From the NCBI RefSeq assembly GCF_009914755.1, contig NC_060925.1: a DNA stretch of 64,000 bases; one strand, written 5' to 3'. Every line of letters starts with the position of its first letter. Position 1 is the first letter of the stretch. A model generated the notes under the pieces. The model saw nothing but the letters and a program-made list of their open reading frames with translations, had not been told where the DNA came from and ran no database searches. Origin of the DNA: the human T2T-CHM13v2.0 reference genome, Homo sapiens. The translations under genes and the position numbers were made by a program. Positions 17,540 through 37,339 of the stretch are shown one piece after another.

Positions 17540-19190
17540 CCCCTGCACAAGTTCCTTTTAAGAATTTTTCTTTATCATCAACTCTTGGCATATTTTGAAG
17601 TTCCTTGTGTATTTTTGTCTGTATTTATCTTGCTTGAAGTTCATAGTACTTCCTCAATATGTAGGTTGAGGTCTTCAGTTTCCTAAAATTATCAGTCATA
17701 ATTGCTTCAAATATCACCTCTATCCTCATCCTCATTTTCCTCTGAGATTAAAATTGTATATTAAAACTTTTCATCATAACCTGTGTGACTCTAAAGTTTT
17801 CCATTATTTCATCACTTTTCCTTGACTCTTACCTTGTTTTTCTTACCTGTCTTATCTGTTTTTTTCAGTTGTTATCTAAACCCAGAATTTTAATTACAGC
17901 TGTGTTTTTCAATTCTAGAATTTCCATTTACTTTCAAAAAATTTTCTGGTTCTCAGAAATTCCCCTTGTCTTTTAATTCCCTCAACACACTAATCAAAGC
18001 TATTTTAAAGTCTGTTATAGCTTCCCTTATAACTTCCTTATATATATTTTTCATGGATTTGTTTTTATTGTCTGCTTTTATTTTCTCTTTGTTTTCACTT
18101 AAGTGTTCTGTTTTCATATACCTGGCTATATTTGACTAAGTTCTGAAAACCATTAATGAAAAATTTTATAAATAGTTGAGGCTTTGGATGATATTTTTAT
18201 CTTCCTTCAAAAACAGCTTATATTTTCTTCCCATGGGCCACGACTCTGGGAGTACTAACAATCCCAGATCACTTACTACCATCAGATATTTAGATGATTC
18301 AAAGGTAGTCTTATGTCTCTCTGGGAGTCGTTCCTAATTCATGATTTCCCATAGGGTATAAATCTTAACTCAGCTGCTTTTGAAATTGACAAATGTCTTA
18401 CGAGGTAAGATGACACAAAATGCTGGGCTTATCCCCTTAAGTTTTTCTTTCCAGATTGTAGCCTCACAAATTCTCATTGACTTGGAAGCTCCACAATGTT
18501 TTCAAAATTGAGTTTTCTAGATTTTTTAAAATAAAACCTCAGCCTGATTTTTTTCTCTTTATTCTTAGTCTATCTTTGGATGTATGTAAGATTTTCTTAA
18601 ATTAAAAGAAATTGGTCAGGCTATATCTAGATATGATCTCTTAAAGTGATTCATTTGTCTAAAGCTTGCATGCAAATACGTGCTCTCCTACCCCACAACC
18701 AGATAATGGAAATACTTTTCTCTATTTCTTGAACAATTACATCAGTTCCACTTACTCTGGTCTTTCATCCAAAAATACCTATTATCCACATACTGTGCTC
18801 TCTATTTTCCACCATCTATATTCAAAATATTCTTGGTCAGCATTTTTCTCTTTGTCCTTTTAATCTGAATTCCAAAATCTTCCGTTTCATCTGCTGATTC
18901 AGTTCTCTACAATTTCAATTCTGCTCTTCGCGTCTGACAGTAAATTTTAATGTATAATATTTGTGTTACAATTTTCTTACAAAATTCTTACCTTTTAATC
19001 TCATTTTATGATTTTCATTTCACCTTATCTCCCTTTGTGACTTTTTGCTATTAATTCATAGACTTCATTTTAACTTTCAAGGCTCTTGAATGGCTTCCTG
19101 AAGTCCTCTAAATCCTGCAACAGTTGTATGCTCATCGTTTGAGTCTCTCACATACTGTTAGACATTTTCTTTTCATTGATTCATAATTTG
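17540..19190 (-). mobile_element. Old L1M ORF1/5' fragments (two pieces, junction near 18539)
   Basis: ttttaagaatttttctttatc, tttttcaattctagaatttccattt antisense ORF1-like motifs. Confidence 0.55.
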
Positions 19191-20954
19191 TTTACTGCTA
19201 ACTTCTACTTGGGGCAGCCATTTAAAAATATACATAGACAGAAAGAGGAAGTGTTTATAGTCTCAGAATTTAGAAATAACTTAGGGTCACCATCAGAATA
19301 TTTGGAGCTAGTAAAATTGAGTGTTTATATTACATTCTTGAAATTTTAGTAATCAAATGGATCCCAAGGTTGCATTTTTGTTTGTTTAAATATATGTAAT
19401 ATTTGAAACTACCTTAATGCCAGCAGCATACTTTAGTTTCTATTGCTTGTTCAACAAACATAATGAAAGGATATGTGTACCTCATTTCTTACAGGGAATA
19501 GGGGTAAAAAAAAAAAAAGAGAAATGTGTTAGTGAAGCAAAGCATTGGAGTGTACTAGTAGAGAAAAGTATAACCTATTTGAAAGATGCTTGATGAAAAA
19601 AATTGGGAATTATTTGTCCTATTTCATTCACAGGCACCATGTGCAATGTTGTCAGTTAACTTATTTAAACTTAATTCCATCTGTGAAAACACTGTTTTAG
19701 CTCCTAAGTTGCCTAAATGTTGTGTATTAATGGGAAAATATGAGGAATGCTCTGCATTTGACATAAGAAAGTCCTTGTATAAATTCAAGGTGGATTATTA
19801 ATGCTATTACTTTTTACTGTAATTATTATTCTCTGTGCTTCTCTAGGTCAATCTTTTATTAAATCCATAGAGAAGAATCCATTGGGATTGATGCATCTTC
19901 AAAAACATAGCTTATATAACAAATAGATACATTAAAAGCTGATAAGTGATGCTTAGAACTGTTTCATGAAGTTAACTAAATTAAAGGAACTTTTATATGT
20001 TTACATCTTTTCCTTACATAGTTTGCTGTCTTCTTAATTATATGAAGTTTTTGCTACCTTTGCTTGATTCTCTGACATCCCCATCATTAGATATTATTTG
20101 GTCTATTTTAGCAAAGATCAATGCTCAAGATTGCCAGTGAGAATTATGAGGTAATTATACCTCATGTTGGGGTATTTACTAGTAATATGCAGGGTCAGAA
20201 ACACACACACACACCCAACACACACAGCACCCCAGCTTTGTAGATGACTTGGTCCTTTAATTTTAGAGGTTTTCTTTCTTAGCTTTCATAGTGCCGACCT
20301 GTGGGCAAGAGGCAGTGAAAATTCACTGTGACAATTGTTATATATTTTACATATGTATCATTTTATATATATATGTTATATATATCTGATATGATAGTAA
20401 AAGTTCTCATATCTTACACTTTGCACTTTCAGTTTTGTAGTAATGGAGATTAGGCGGAAATTTTTATTTTTAATTTCAAGTCCCAGCTTCACCAACCTCT
20501 GAAAAAGATACACAAAGAACCTTTCTTATGAGCCACTAGCACTGAGTTTATGCTTCATTTTCTGAAGCAGATTGTCTTCCATAATTGCATGCTTTGAACA
20601 TTTTAACATAGAAAAGTCTTTAATTCAAATATCTGAAATAAGTTCTCCAATGATCTATAAACTAGTATCCACTAGATTGCACACCTACTGATTATGTAGT
20701 ACTGAAAAACAAACAGCGTATTGTGTTAACTCAGAAATATGTTAGAGAGGAATCATCTTTAAGGAGAGAAGCCTTATTCATCTGACTTCATCCTCTGCCG
20801 TTATTCCCCTGTAATATTTGGAGTAGACAATTTAGTTTGTCCATTGGATTTAAGCTGTTTGTCACTAAATTTCTAGTGAGCCATGATTACAAAAGAATTA
20901 TTTTGAGAAGGCATGATGACTGCTAACAAAATTCACCGTTACGACTGGACCATC

Positions 20955-21058
20955 ATGTCAGCAAACACTTAGTGCATGTACTATGTATCGGACATCATGC
21001 CAGGCCGTAGGGGACTAAAGAAATGAGAAAGACATGGTCCTTGCATCAGCGGAGTTTT
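20955..21058 (-). mobile_element. L2 3' fragment
   Basis: cagcaaacacttagtgcatgtactatgt...agacatggtccttgc. Confidence 0.6.
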
Positions 21059-21447
21059 TCGGGGGGACCAAAAAGTTTTTCTTAGGATACCAAATTTCAT
21101 TCAGAAGGGAGAATTCAAAATAAAGTCTATAAGACTAATGAGCCAAGCTAAGGATGTTAAAATTCACAAGAGGTTCCAGGCTCTGAATATTTACATGGCA
21201 GCACTGGGATCCATCTGTCCAGCAAAATGTAGCCATAATCATAGCTGACATTTGGACGGCACATTTACAAAATTTTTTAATTGACAAATAGTAATTGTAC
21301 ATATTCATGAGGTATATACTGGTGTTTTGGTACACAATGTATAGTGATCAGAGTAATTAATATCCATCATATCAAACATTTATCCTTTCTTTGTGTTGGG
21401 AACATTCAGTATCTGCCTCCGAGCTATTTGAAACACTATATTATTGT

Positions 21448-22225
21448 GTTTTTTTTTAAATTTTATTGTTACTATACTTTAAGTTTTAGGGTACATGTGC
21501 ACAACGTGCAGGTTTGTTACATAAGTATACATGTGCCATGTTGGTGTGCTGCACCCATTAACTCGTCATTTAACATTAGGTACATCTCCTAATGCTATCC
21601 CTCCCCCCTCCCCCAACCCCACAACAGTCCCCGGTGTGTGATGTTCCCCTTCCTGTGTCCAAGTGTTCTCATTGTTCGATTCCCACCTATGAGTGAGAAC
21701 ATGTGGTGTTTGGTTTTCTGTCCTTGCGATAGTTTGCTGAGAATGATGGTTTCCAGTTACATCCATGTCCCTACAAAGGACATTAACTCATCCTTTTTTA
21801 TGGCTGCATAGTATTCCACGGTGTATATGTGCCACATTTCCTTAATCCAGTCTATCGTTGGACGTTTGGGTTGGTTCCAAGTCTTTGCTATTGTGAATAG
21901 TGCCACAATAAACATACGTGTGCATGTGTCTTTATAGCAGCATGATTTATAATCCTTTGGGTATATACCCAGAATAGGATGGCTGAATCAAATGGTATTT
22001 CTAGTTCTAGATCCCTGAGGAATTGTCACACTGACTTCCACCATGGTTGAACTAGTTTACAGTCCCACCAATGGTGTAAAAGTGCTCCTATTTCTCCACA
22101 TCCTCTCCAGCACCTGTTGTTTCTTGACTTTTTAATGATCACCATTCTAACTGGTGTGAGATGGTATCTCATTGTGGTTTTGATTTGCATTTCTCTGATG
22201 GCCAGTGATAAGCATTTTTTCATGA
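21448..22225 (-). mobile_element. Young-type L1PA (PA4-6-like) 5'-truncated insertion
   Basis: ttatactttaagttttagggtacatgtgcacaacgtgcagg-type 3' end; 17-bp TSD aaacactatattattgt at 21431-21447 and 22226-22242. Confidence 0.93.
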
Positions 22226-22275
22226 AAACACTATATTATTGTTAACTATAGTCACCCTACAGTGATATAGAACAA

Positions 22276-22915
22276 TCCATCCGGAAGGGAGGTGGGGGGC
22301 AGCCCCCGCCCGGCCAGCCACCCCATCCGGCCGCCGCCCCATCTGGGAAGTGAGGAGCCCCTCTGCCCGGCCGCCACCCAGTCTGGGAGGTGTACCCAAC
22401 AGCTCATTGAGAACGGGCCATGATGACGATGGCGGTTTTGTCGAATAGAAAAGGGGGAAATGTGGGGAAAAGAAAGAGAGATCAGATTGTTACTGTGTCT
22501 GTGTAGAAAGAAGTAGACATAGGAGACTCCATTTTGTTCTGTACTAAGAAAAATTCTTCTGCCTTGGGATGCTGTTAATCTATAACCTTACCCTCAACCC
22601 CGTGCTCTCTGAAACATGTGCTGTGTCCACTCAGGGTTAAATGGATTAAGGGCGGTGCAAGATGTGCTTTGTTAAACAGATGCTTGAAGGCAGCATGCTC
22701 GTTAAGAGTCATCACCACTCCCTAATCTCAAGTACCCAGGGACACAAACACTTTGGAAGGCCACAGGGTCCTCTGCCTAGGAAAACCAGAGACCCTTGTT
22801 CACATGTTTATCTGCTGACCTTCCCTCCACTATTGTCCTGTGACCCTGCCAAATCCCCCTCTCCGAGAAACACCCAAGAATGATCAATAAATACTAAAAA
22901 AAAAAAAAAAAAAAA
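22276..22915 (+). mobile_element. SVA (older B/C-like), 5'-truncated: VNTR end + SINE-R + poly(A)
   Basis: VNTR units (ccgccccatctgggaagtgaggagcccctctgcccggcc), SINE-R (cccaacagctcattgagaacgggccatgatgacgatggcgg...), AATAAA 22886, A20 tail. Confidence 0.96.
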
Positions 22916-23539
22916 GAGAGAGATCAACTTTTTAAAACTTCCACATGAGTGAGAGCATATGGTGTTTAACTTTCTATTCCTGGCTTATTTCATTTATCAT
23001 AGGGCCCACTAGTTCCATCCATTTTGACAAAAACTACAGGATTTCATTATGTTTATGGCTGAATAGTATTCCACAGTGTATACATGTCATATTTTCTTAA
23101 TCCATTCATCTGTTGTTGGACACCTAGTTTGATTTGTTATCTTGGCTATTATGAATAGTTCTGCAATAAACATGGGGTCTCTTCAATATAATCATTTCCT
23201 TTCCTTTCCTTTGGATAAATGTCCAGTAATGGGATTGCTGAATCATATGGTAGCTCTATTTGTAGTTTTATGAGAAACCTCCACACTGTTCTCCATAGTA
23301 GCTGTAATAGTTTACATTCCCACCAACAGTGTAGAAGAGTCCCCCTTTCTCCATATCCTCTCCAGCATGTGTTATTGTCTGTATTGTTGATAATAGCCAT
23401 CCTAACGGGGTAAAATGATACCTTATCATGGTTCTGATTTGCATTCCCCTGATGATTACTGATGTTGAGTGTTTTTTCATATGTTTCTGGCCATTCGTAT
23501 GCCTTTTTAAGAGAAATGTCTGTTAAGATCATTTTCCTG

Positions 23540-29783
<6,244 letters not shown>

Positions 29784-29994
29784 TTTCCTGTTATGTTAGT
29801 TGGATTTTTTTTTTCTTTTGCGATGTCTCAGTTTTTTATATGTTCTGGATATTAATCCTGTTGGATGAATAGTTTTCAAGTATTTTCTTTCATTCTATAG
29901 GTTATCTTTTCACTCTGTTGATTGTTTCTTTTGCTTTATAGCACTAATCTATAAACTCATGTCCCTGCATGATTATATTTCATTTGCATAGTGA

Positions 29995-30118
29995 CTCACT
30001 CACTTTTTAGCTACATGACCCTAAGCAAATCATTTACCTTCTATGAGTTTGAAAACCGGGATAATAGTGCCTATCTCTTAAGGCTGTTCAGGAGGTTAAA
30101 TAAGCATAGCACTTAAAA
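29995..30118 (+). mobile_element. MIR
   Basis: tagctacatgaccctaagcaaatcatttacc...gggataatagtgcctatctc. Confidence 0.6.
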
Positions 30119-30757
30119 TAATTTCACTGAAAACTACAAGCTTTTGCTGAGATTAAAGTAAAGAATAGCAAATAAATAGAGAAAAATACCATATTCATGG
30201 ACTGGAATAGTTAACATTGTTAAATTTAAGATGTTAAATTTACCCCCAGGTGACTGATCCAATCAAATTATCAGAAGGTTTTTATAAAAATTGGTAAGCA
30301 GATTTTATTATTTACATGGAAATACAAAAGACCTAGAATTGTGAAAAAAAATGTTGAAGATCAAAGTTCAAGAATCTAGTTTAAAGCTACAGTACTATAA
30401 ATATTATGTGGTATCAGTGAAAGAAAAAGAACAATGAAACATAGGAATACTTCTACATAAATACCATCACACAACTTATTACAAAGATGCCATTACAAGT
30501 CACTGGGGAAGGATGTCCTTCTTAATAAATGTCGATTGGATGTTGATATAGGAAAAATGAAAGTGACCCTCCTATCTTGCACCATAAAAATTAAGACCAA
30601 ATATAAAACATAAAATGATAAAATTTCTAGAAGAAAGAATAGGAAAACATCTTCAGAAGCCTTGCCAGAAGCAAATATTATTAGACAGGACATAAAGATC
30701 AATAATCATAAAAGAAAGGATATATTAATTTTTGCTTCTTTAAAATTAAGAACTATG

Positions 30758-31014
30758 GGCCAGGGATGGTGGCTCATATCTGTAATACCAGCACTTTGGG
30801 AGCCTGAGTTGGGAGGATCATTTTAGGACCGGAATTGAAGACCAGCCTGGGTAACATAGAGAGACCTTGTCTCTACAATAAAAAAACTTGCCAGGCATGG
30901 TGGTGCATGTCTGTAGTTCCAGCCACTCAGGAGTCTGAGGCAAAAGTTTAAGGTTACCGTGAGTTATGATTGTGCCACTGCACTCCATCCTGTGCGATAC
31001 AGTGAGACACTGTT
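30758..31014 (+). mobile_element. AluJ, diverged, internal deletion
   Basis: ggccagggatggtggctcatatctgtaataccagcactttggg...tatgattgtgccactgcactcc. Confidence 0.85.
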
Positions 31015-31744
31015 AACTAAACATTAAGACCTATCAACAGAGTGAAAAGTCAAGACACAGAGGGAAAAGATATGGGCAAAACATATACTTCACAATGGAC
31101 TATCACCTGTAATGTATAAAAACTCTTATAAACCAATAATACAAACAACAAAATTGAAAAGGCAAAAGACCTGAACTTCAAATAGAGGCTATCCAACTGG
31201 CCAATATATATATAAACAGTTGCTTATCATTATTAGTCAGAGAAATTCATATTAAAGCCATGACAAAACATTTTCTATAGAATGACTAAAATTAAAGACT
31301 AGCAATACCAAGTGTTCATGAAAATACAAAGCAACTGGAATTCAAATTGTTGTTGCTGGTGGGAGTAAAAATTGGTATAACCCAGTTGGAAAACCACTTG
31401 GCAGTTGATATTAAAGGTAAACATACATAATTCCTAGATCTAGCACCTTCCAACCATCCCAGTTATACACTCAAAAGAAATAAAAGGATTTCCACCAAAA
31501 TATTTCTACAAGAATTTTCAAAGCAGCTTTATGCATAATAGCAAAACCTGGAAACAACCAAATATTCATCAATAACAGATTTGATATAGTCATATAATAA
31601 AACAGTACACAGGAGTAAACAAAACTGACTGTTACATGCAACATGGATGAATCTCACAAACGTGTATGAAAAGAGCCAGGAAAAAAATGAATGCATCTTG
31701 TATGAATTCCATTTATATAAAAGTCAAGAATATGCATAACTAAT

Positions 31745-34051
31745 CATATTAGTCCATTGCTAATAAAGACATACCCAAGACTGAGTAATTTATAAAAGAA
31801 AGAGGTTTGACTCAGTTCCATATGGCTGGAGAGGCCTCAGGAAACTCACAGTCATGGCAAAGGCACCTCTTCACAGGATGGCAGGAGAGAAAATGAGTGC
31901 CCAGCGAAGAGGGAAGCCCTTTATAAAATCATCAGATTTCATGAGAACTCACTATCACGAGAACACGATGGTGGAAACCACCATCATGATTATCTCGCCT
32001 GGTCCCTTCCATGACACATGGGGATTATGGGAACTATAATTCAAGATGAGATTTGAGTGGGAACACAGCCAAACCACATCATTCTACCTTTGGCCCTTCC
32101 AAAATCTCATGTCCTCCCAATTCAAAACACAATCACACTCTTCCAACAGTCCTCCAAAGTCTTAACTCATTCCAGCATTAACTCAAAAGTCCAAGTCCAA
32201 AGTCTAATCTGAGACAAGGCAAGTCCCTTCTGCCTATGAGCCTGTAAAGTCAAAAGCAAATTAGTTATTTCCTAGATACAATGGGGTACAGGCACTGGGT
32301 AAATACACCCATTTCAAATGGGAGAAATTGGCCAAAACAAAGGGGCTACAGGCTCCAAGCAAGTCTGAAATCCAATAGGTCAGTTATTAAACCTTTGGAA
32401 CTTTAGTTCCAAAATGATCTCCTCTGACTTCATGACTCACATCCAGGTCACACTGATACAACAGTTGGGCTCCCATAGCCTTTGGCAGCTCTGCTTCTCT
32501 GGCTTTTGCAGGGTCTAGTTCCCCTCCTGGCTGCTTTCTTGGGCTGGTGTTGAGTGTCTGAAGCTTTTCTAGGCACACAATGCAAGCTGTTGGTGGATCT
32601 ACCATTTTGGGATCTAGAGGACAAAGCCCTCTTCTCACAGCTCTACTAGGCAGTGCTCCAGTGAGGACTCTGTGTGGGAGCTCCAACTCCACATTCCCTT
32701 CTGCACTGCCCTAACAGAGGTTCTCCATGAGGGTTCCATCCCTGCAGCACACCTCTGCCTGGACATCCAGGCATTTCCATACATCCTCTGAAATTTAGGT
32801 GGAGGGTCCCAAACCTCATTTCTCATCTTCTGTGCACCTGCGGGACCAACACCACGTGGATGCTGCCAAGGCTTGGGGCTTGCATCCCCTGAAGCAACGA
32901 CTCAAGCTGAACCTTGGCTCCTTTTTAGCCACAGCTGGAGCTGAAACAGCTGGGATGCAGGGCAACATGTCCCTCAACTGCATAGACCAGGAAGGAAACC
33001 ATTTGGCCCAGCCCAGGAATCATTTTTTTCCCTCCTAGGCCTCTGGATCTATGATGGGAGTGGCTGCCATGAAGGTCTCTGATGTGCCCTGGAGACATTT
33101 TCACCACCATCTTGGTGATTAACATTCAGCTCCTTGTTACTTATGCAAATTTCTGCAGCAGGCTTGAATTCCTCCCCAGAAAATGGGTTTTTCTTTTTTA
33201 CTGCATCATCAGGCTGCAAAGTTTCCAAACTTTTATGCTCTGCTTCCTTTCGAATGCTTTGCTACTTATAAATTTCTTTCACCAGATACCCTAAATCATC
33301 TCTCTGAACTTCAAAGTTCCACAGATCTCTAGGACAGAGACAAAATGCCACCACATCTCTTGGCTAAAGCATAACAAGAGTCACCTTTGCTCCACTTCCC
33401 AACAAGTTCCTCACCTCCATCTGAAACCATCTCAGCCTGGACTTCATTGTCCATATCACTATCAGCATTTTGGTCAAAGCCATTCAACAAGTCTCTAGGA
33501 AGTTTCAAACTTCCCTACATCTTCCTGTCTTCTGAGCCCTCCAAGTCTCTAGGAAGTTTCAAACTGTCCCATATTTTCCTGACTTCTTCTGAACTATCCA
33601 AATTATTCCAACCTCTACCTTTCACCCAGTTCCAAGTCACTTTCACATTTTTTAGTATCTTTACAGCAGCACCCCACTACCCAGTACCAATTTACTATAT
33701 TAGTCTGTTCTCAAGCTGCTAATAAAGACATAACCAAGACTTGGTAATTTATAAGGGAAAGAGATTAAATTGACTCACAGTTCCATATGTCTGGAGAGGC
33801 CTCAGGAAACTTACAATCATGGCAGAAGGCACCTCTTCACAGGGTGGCAGGTGAGAGATTGAGTGCCTAGTGAAGGAGGAAGCCCCTTATAAAACCATCA
33901 GATCTCATGAGAACTCACTATCACAAGGACAGGATGAGGCAAACTGTCCCCCATGATTCAATTATCTCTACCTGGTCCCTCCCACAACAAGTGAGGATTA
34001 TGGGAACAATTCAAGATGAGATTTGAGTGAGGACACAGCCAAACTCTATCA
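31745..34051 (-). mobile_element. Full-length THE1 (C/D-like): LTR 31745-32081, internal 32082-33695, LTR 33696-34051
   Basis: Paired antisense LTRs; perfect 5-bp TSD ctaat at 31740-31744 and 34052-34056. Confidence 0.93.
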
Positions 34052-34284
34052 CTAATCTATTGTGATGGAGGCCAAATATCAATTACCTTTGGAGGCTTTG
34101 AATTGGGAGAAGGCATGAAAGTCTCTTCTGGAGTGCTTGTCATCTATATCTTTATCTGGGTAGTGGTTTTACAAGTGTATAAATATATAAAAACTCACTA
34201 AGCTTTACCCTTAAGATTTGTGCACTTTATTGCAAATATATACACACACACATATATATATATGTGTATAAATATATACACATG

Positions 34285-34490
34285 CACTTTTAACATCATC
34301 TGGTACATAGTGAGCACTCAATAGGTGTTAACCATTTTCATAATTAAAACCCCACAGAGAAAATAGAACAAGTAATGTCTCATTTCACAGATGGAAATGA
34401 AGCTTGACTGTATTCAAGTCCTCATCTAAGCTTGCAGAACTGACAAGTGGAGGAGCTGGGGTTTGAGCCTTGACTCTGACGCTGGGTCTA
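34285..34490. mobile_element. MIR/L2 fragments
   Basis: ggtacatagtgagcactcaatag; catttcacagatggaaa...gagctggggtttgagcc. Confidence 0.55.
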
Positions 34491-34542
34491 GGGTAGGCAG
34501 TGCTACCTGCTTTGTCTTGGTGTGCTCTCTCACATGCGTGCA

Positions 34543-34543
34543 T

Positions 34544-34574
<31 letters not shown>

Positions 34575-34607
34575 ATATATAAAATATATATATAATATAT
34601 ATTATAT
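34543..34607. repeat. (TC)n(TA)n microsatellite
   Basis: Seen directly. Confidence 0.9.
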
Positions 34608-34617
34608 GTTTTATGTT

Positions 34618-35632
34618 ACTTTTAATTGACAAATAATTGTTTATATTTAATGAGGTACAATGTGATGTCTTGATACATGTATACATTGTGGAATGATCAT
34701 ATCAGACTAGCATATCCATCACATCAAATATTTATCACCTCTTTCTGGTGAGATCATTTAAAATCCTATCTTTCAGCTATTTTGAAATATACATTAACTG
34801 TGATCACTATGCTGTACAATAGAACACCTGAACTTATTACTTCTAACTGAAAATTTGTACCCATTGACCAACGTCCTGTTTCCCCACCTATTGCCCTTTC
34901 CCCCAGCCTTTGATAACCACCATCCACTCTTTACTTCTATGAGCTTGATTTTTTAAAATTCCATATATAAGTGAGGTCATACAATATTTGTCTCCCTGTG
35001 CCTGGCCTATTTTACTTAACATACTGTCTCCTAAGTTCATGCATGTTGTTGCAAATAACAGAATTTTCTGCTTAAGATTGAACAATGTTCCATTGTGCAC
35101 ATATACCATATTTTGTTAATCAATTTATCCATTAATGGACACTTAGGTTGATTCCATATCTTGGCTGTCGTGAACAATGTTGCAATGACATTGGAGTACA
35201 GACATCTCTTTGGCATACTGATTTCAATTCCTTTGGGTATATATCCAGTAGTAGGATTGCTCAATCACATGTTTATTATTCATTTTTGGAGGAGTCGCTA
35301 TACTGTCTTCCAAAATAGCTGCACTAATCTGCAATACCACCAACCATGCATAAGAAGTCCCCTTTCTCCACATCCTCACCAACATTTATTTTTCACCTTT
35401 TCAATAACAGCCAATCTAAATGGTGTGAGGTGATATCTCATTGTGGTTTGAATTTGGATTTCTCTGGTGATTAGAAATGTTGAACTTTTTTTTCACATAT
35501 CTCTTGGCCATTTATATATTCTGAGAAATGTCTTCATTTTGAGAAATGTCTATTTGACATTTCTTTGCCCATTTTAATAGTTTTTGTTTTGAGTAGCTTG
35601 AGCTCCTTGTATATTTTGGATATTAGCCCCCA
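34618..35632 (-). mobile_element. L1MA 3' portion
   Basis: tttaattgacaaataattgtttatattt... 3'UTR; ORF2 C-terminal fragments (IWNQPKCP) in the track. Confidence 0.85.
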
Positions 35633-36229
35633 TCCCTGTTGGTGCTCTTTCAAGGGTGACTTCAGTTTCCCCGACTGCTCCTCAGCTATCAAGGCGTGCT
35701 TTCTACTTTTCCGCATGGGGTTTGGAGGCTTCTCAGGTCTTTGGCTGATTAGGGGAAGCAGACAGGCAGCCAGAACACGCACAGGATGCCTCACTAAAGA
35801 TGTATTTACAGCTATGTACCAAGTGCTTAGAACCATGCATTATTCTAACTACTCACAATTACTCACTTGGTATATTATAAGCCCAGAACACAGGAATTGA
35901 GAAATAATGGGGTTTTTACACAGTCAATGTAAAAGATGCCCCTACTTCCTGTGTTCTGAGCCCTGCACATGGGTGTGTTCCAGGCAGAGGACAGAAAAAA
36001 ACAAAGGGGAAAAATTCACTCCACACTAAGACCTCTTCATGGTTCTTTTGCTATGATTCCATTTCCAATTTCTTGAAGTACAAATGTGGCTGCTATATTA
36101 GGTACAATCTGAGTAAAGCAAATCTTCTGAGTAGTCATAGGTGCTATGGTTTGCCTGATAAGCTCTCGGCAATCATACATCCCTGAGGCCACCCTGCTCT
36201 CATCATCATAACTAAGTCATGACCACCTA

Positions 36230-37046
<817 letters not shown>

Positions 37047-37055
37047 GTGAAAATA

Positions 37056-37339
37056 TTTTTTTTTTCTTTTTGAGACGGAGTCTTGCTCTGTCCCCCAGGC
37101 TGGAGTGCAGTGGCGAGATTTAGGCTCACTGCAAGCTCAGCCTCCCAGGTTCATGCCATTCTGCCTCAGCCTCCCGAGTAGCCGGGACTACAGACGCCCG
37201 CCACCACGCCCAGCTAATTTTTTGTATTTTTTAGTAGAGATGGGTGCTCCAGGATGGTCTCGATCTCCTGACCTCGTGATCCTCCCGCCTCGGCCTCCCG
37301 AAGTGCTGGAATTACAGGCGTGAGCCACTGCGCCCGGCC
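37056..37339 (-). mobile_element. AluY-like with small internal deletion
   Basis: gcaagctc...gttcatgccattc, ggatggtctcgatctcctgacctcgtgatc; degenerate TSD tg(t/a)gaaa(a/g)tattttt. Confidence 0.9.

Larger units (their letters stand above)
21272..23539 (-). mobile_element. L1MA host element, interrupted by L1PA and SVA; continues at 29784-29940
   Basis: ttttaattgacaaatagtaattgtacatattcatg...ttaactatagtcaccctac...agatcaacttttt, antisense L1MA 3'UTR then ORF2 end. Confidence 0.85.
30120..34230 (+). mobile_element. Old L1MC/ME ORF2 end + 3'UTR, interrupted by AluJ and THE1
   Basis: ccatattcatggactggaatag, gcaacatggatgaatctcacaaac, ...ctaatctattgtgatgg...ttaagatttgtgcactttatt. Confidence 0.75.

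Noticed and set aside
19790-19846. Intron joining the 19634 and 19847 exon candidates
   Set aside because: Only 57 nt with a weak donor (GTGGAT), below the usual human minimum
22662-22883. 73-aa ORF in the SVA
   Set aside because: SINE-R (HERV-K LTR-derived) sequence common to SVA copies
35534-35836. 100-aa minus-strand ORF as a gene
   Set aside because: C-terminus is L1 ORF2 (GLISKIYKEL); no recognisable homology in the rest
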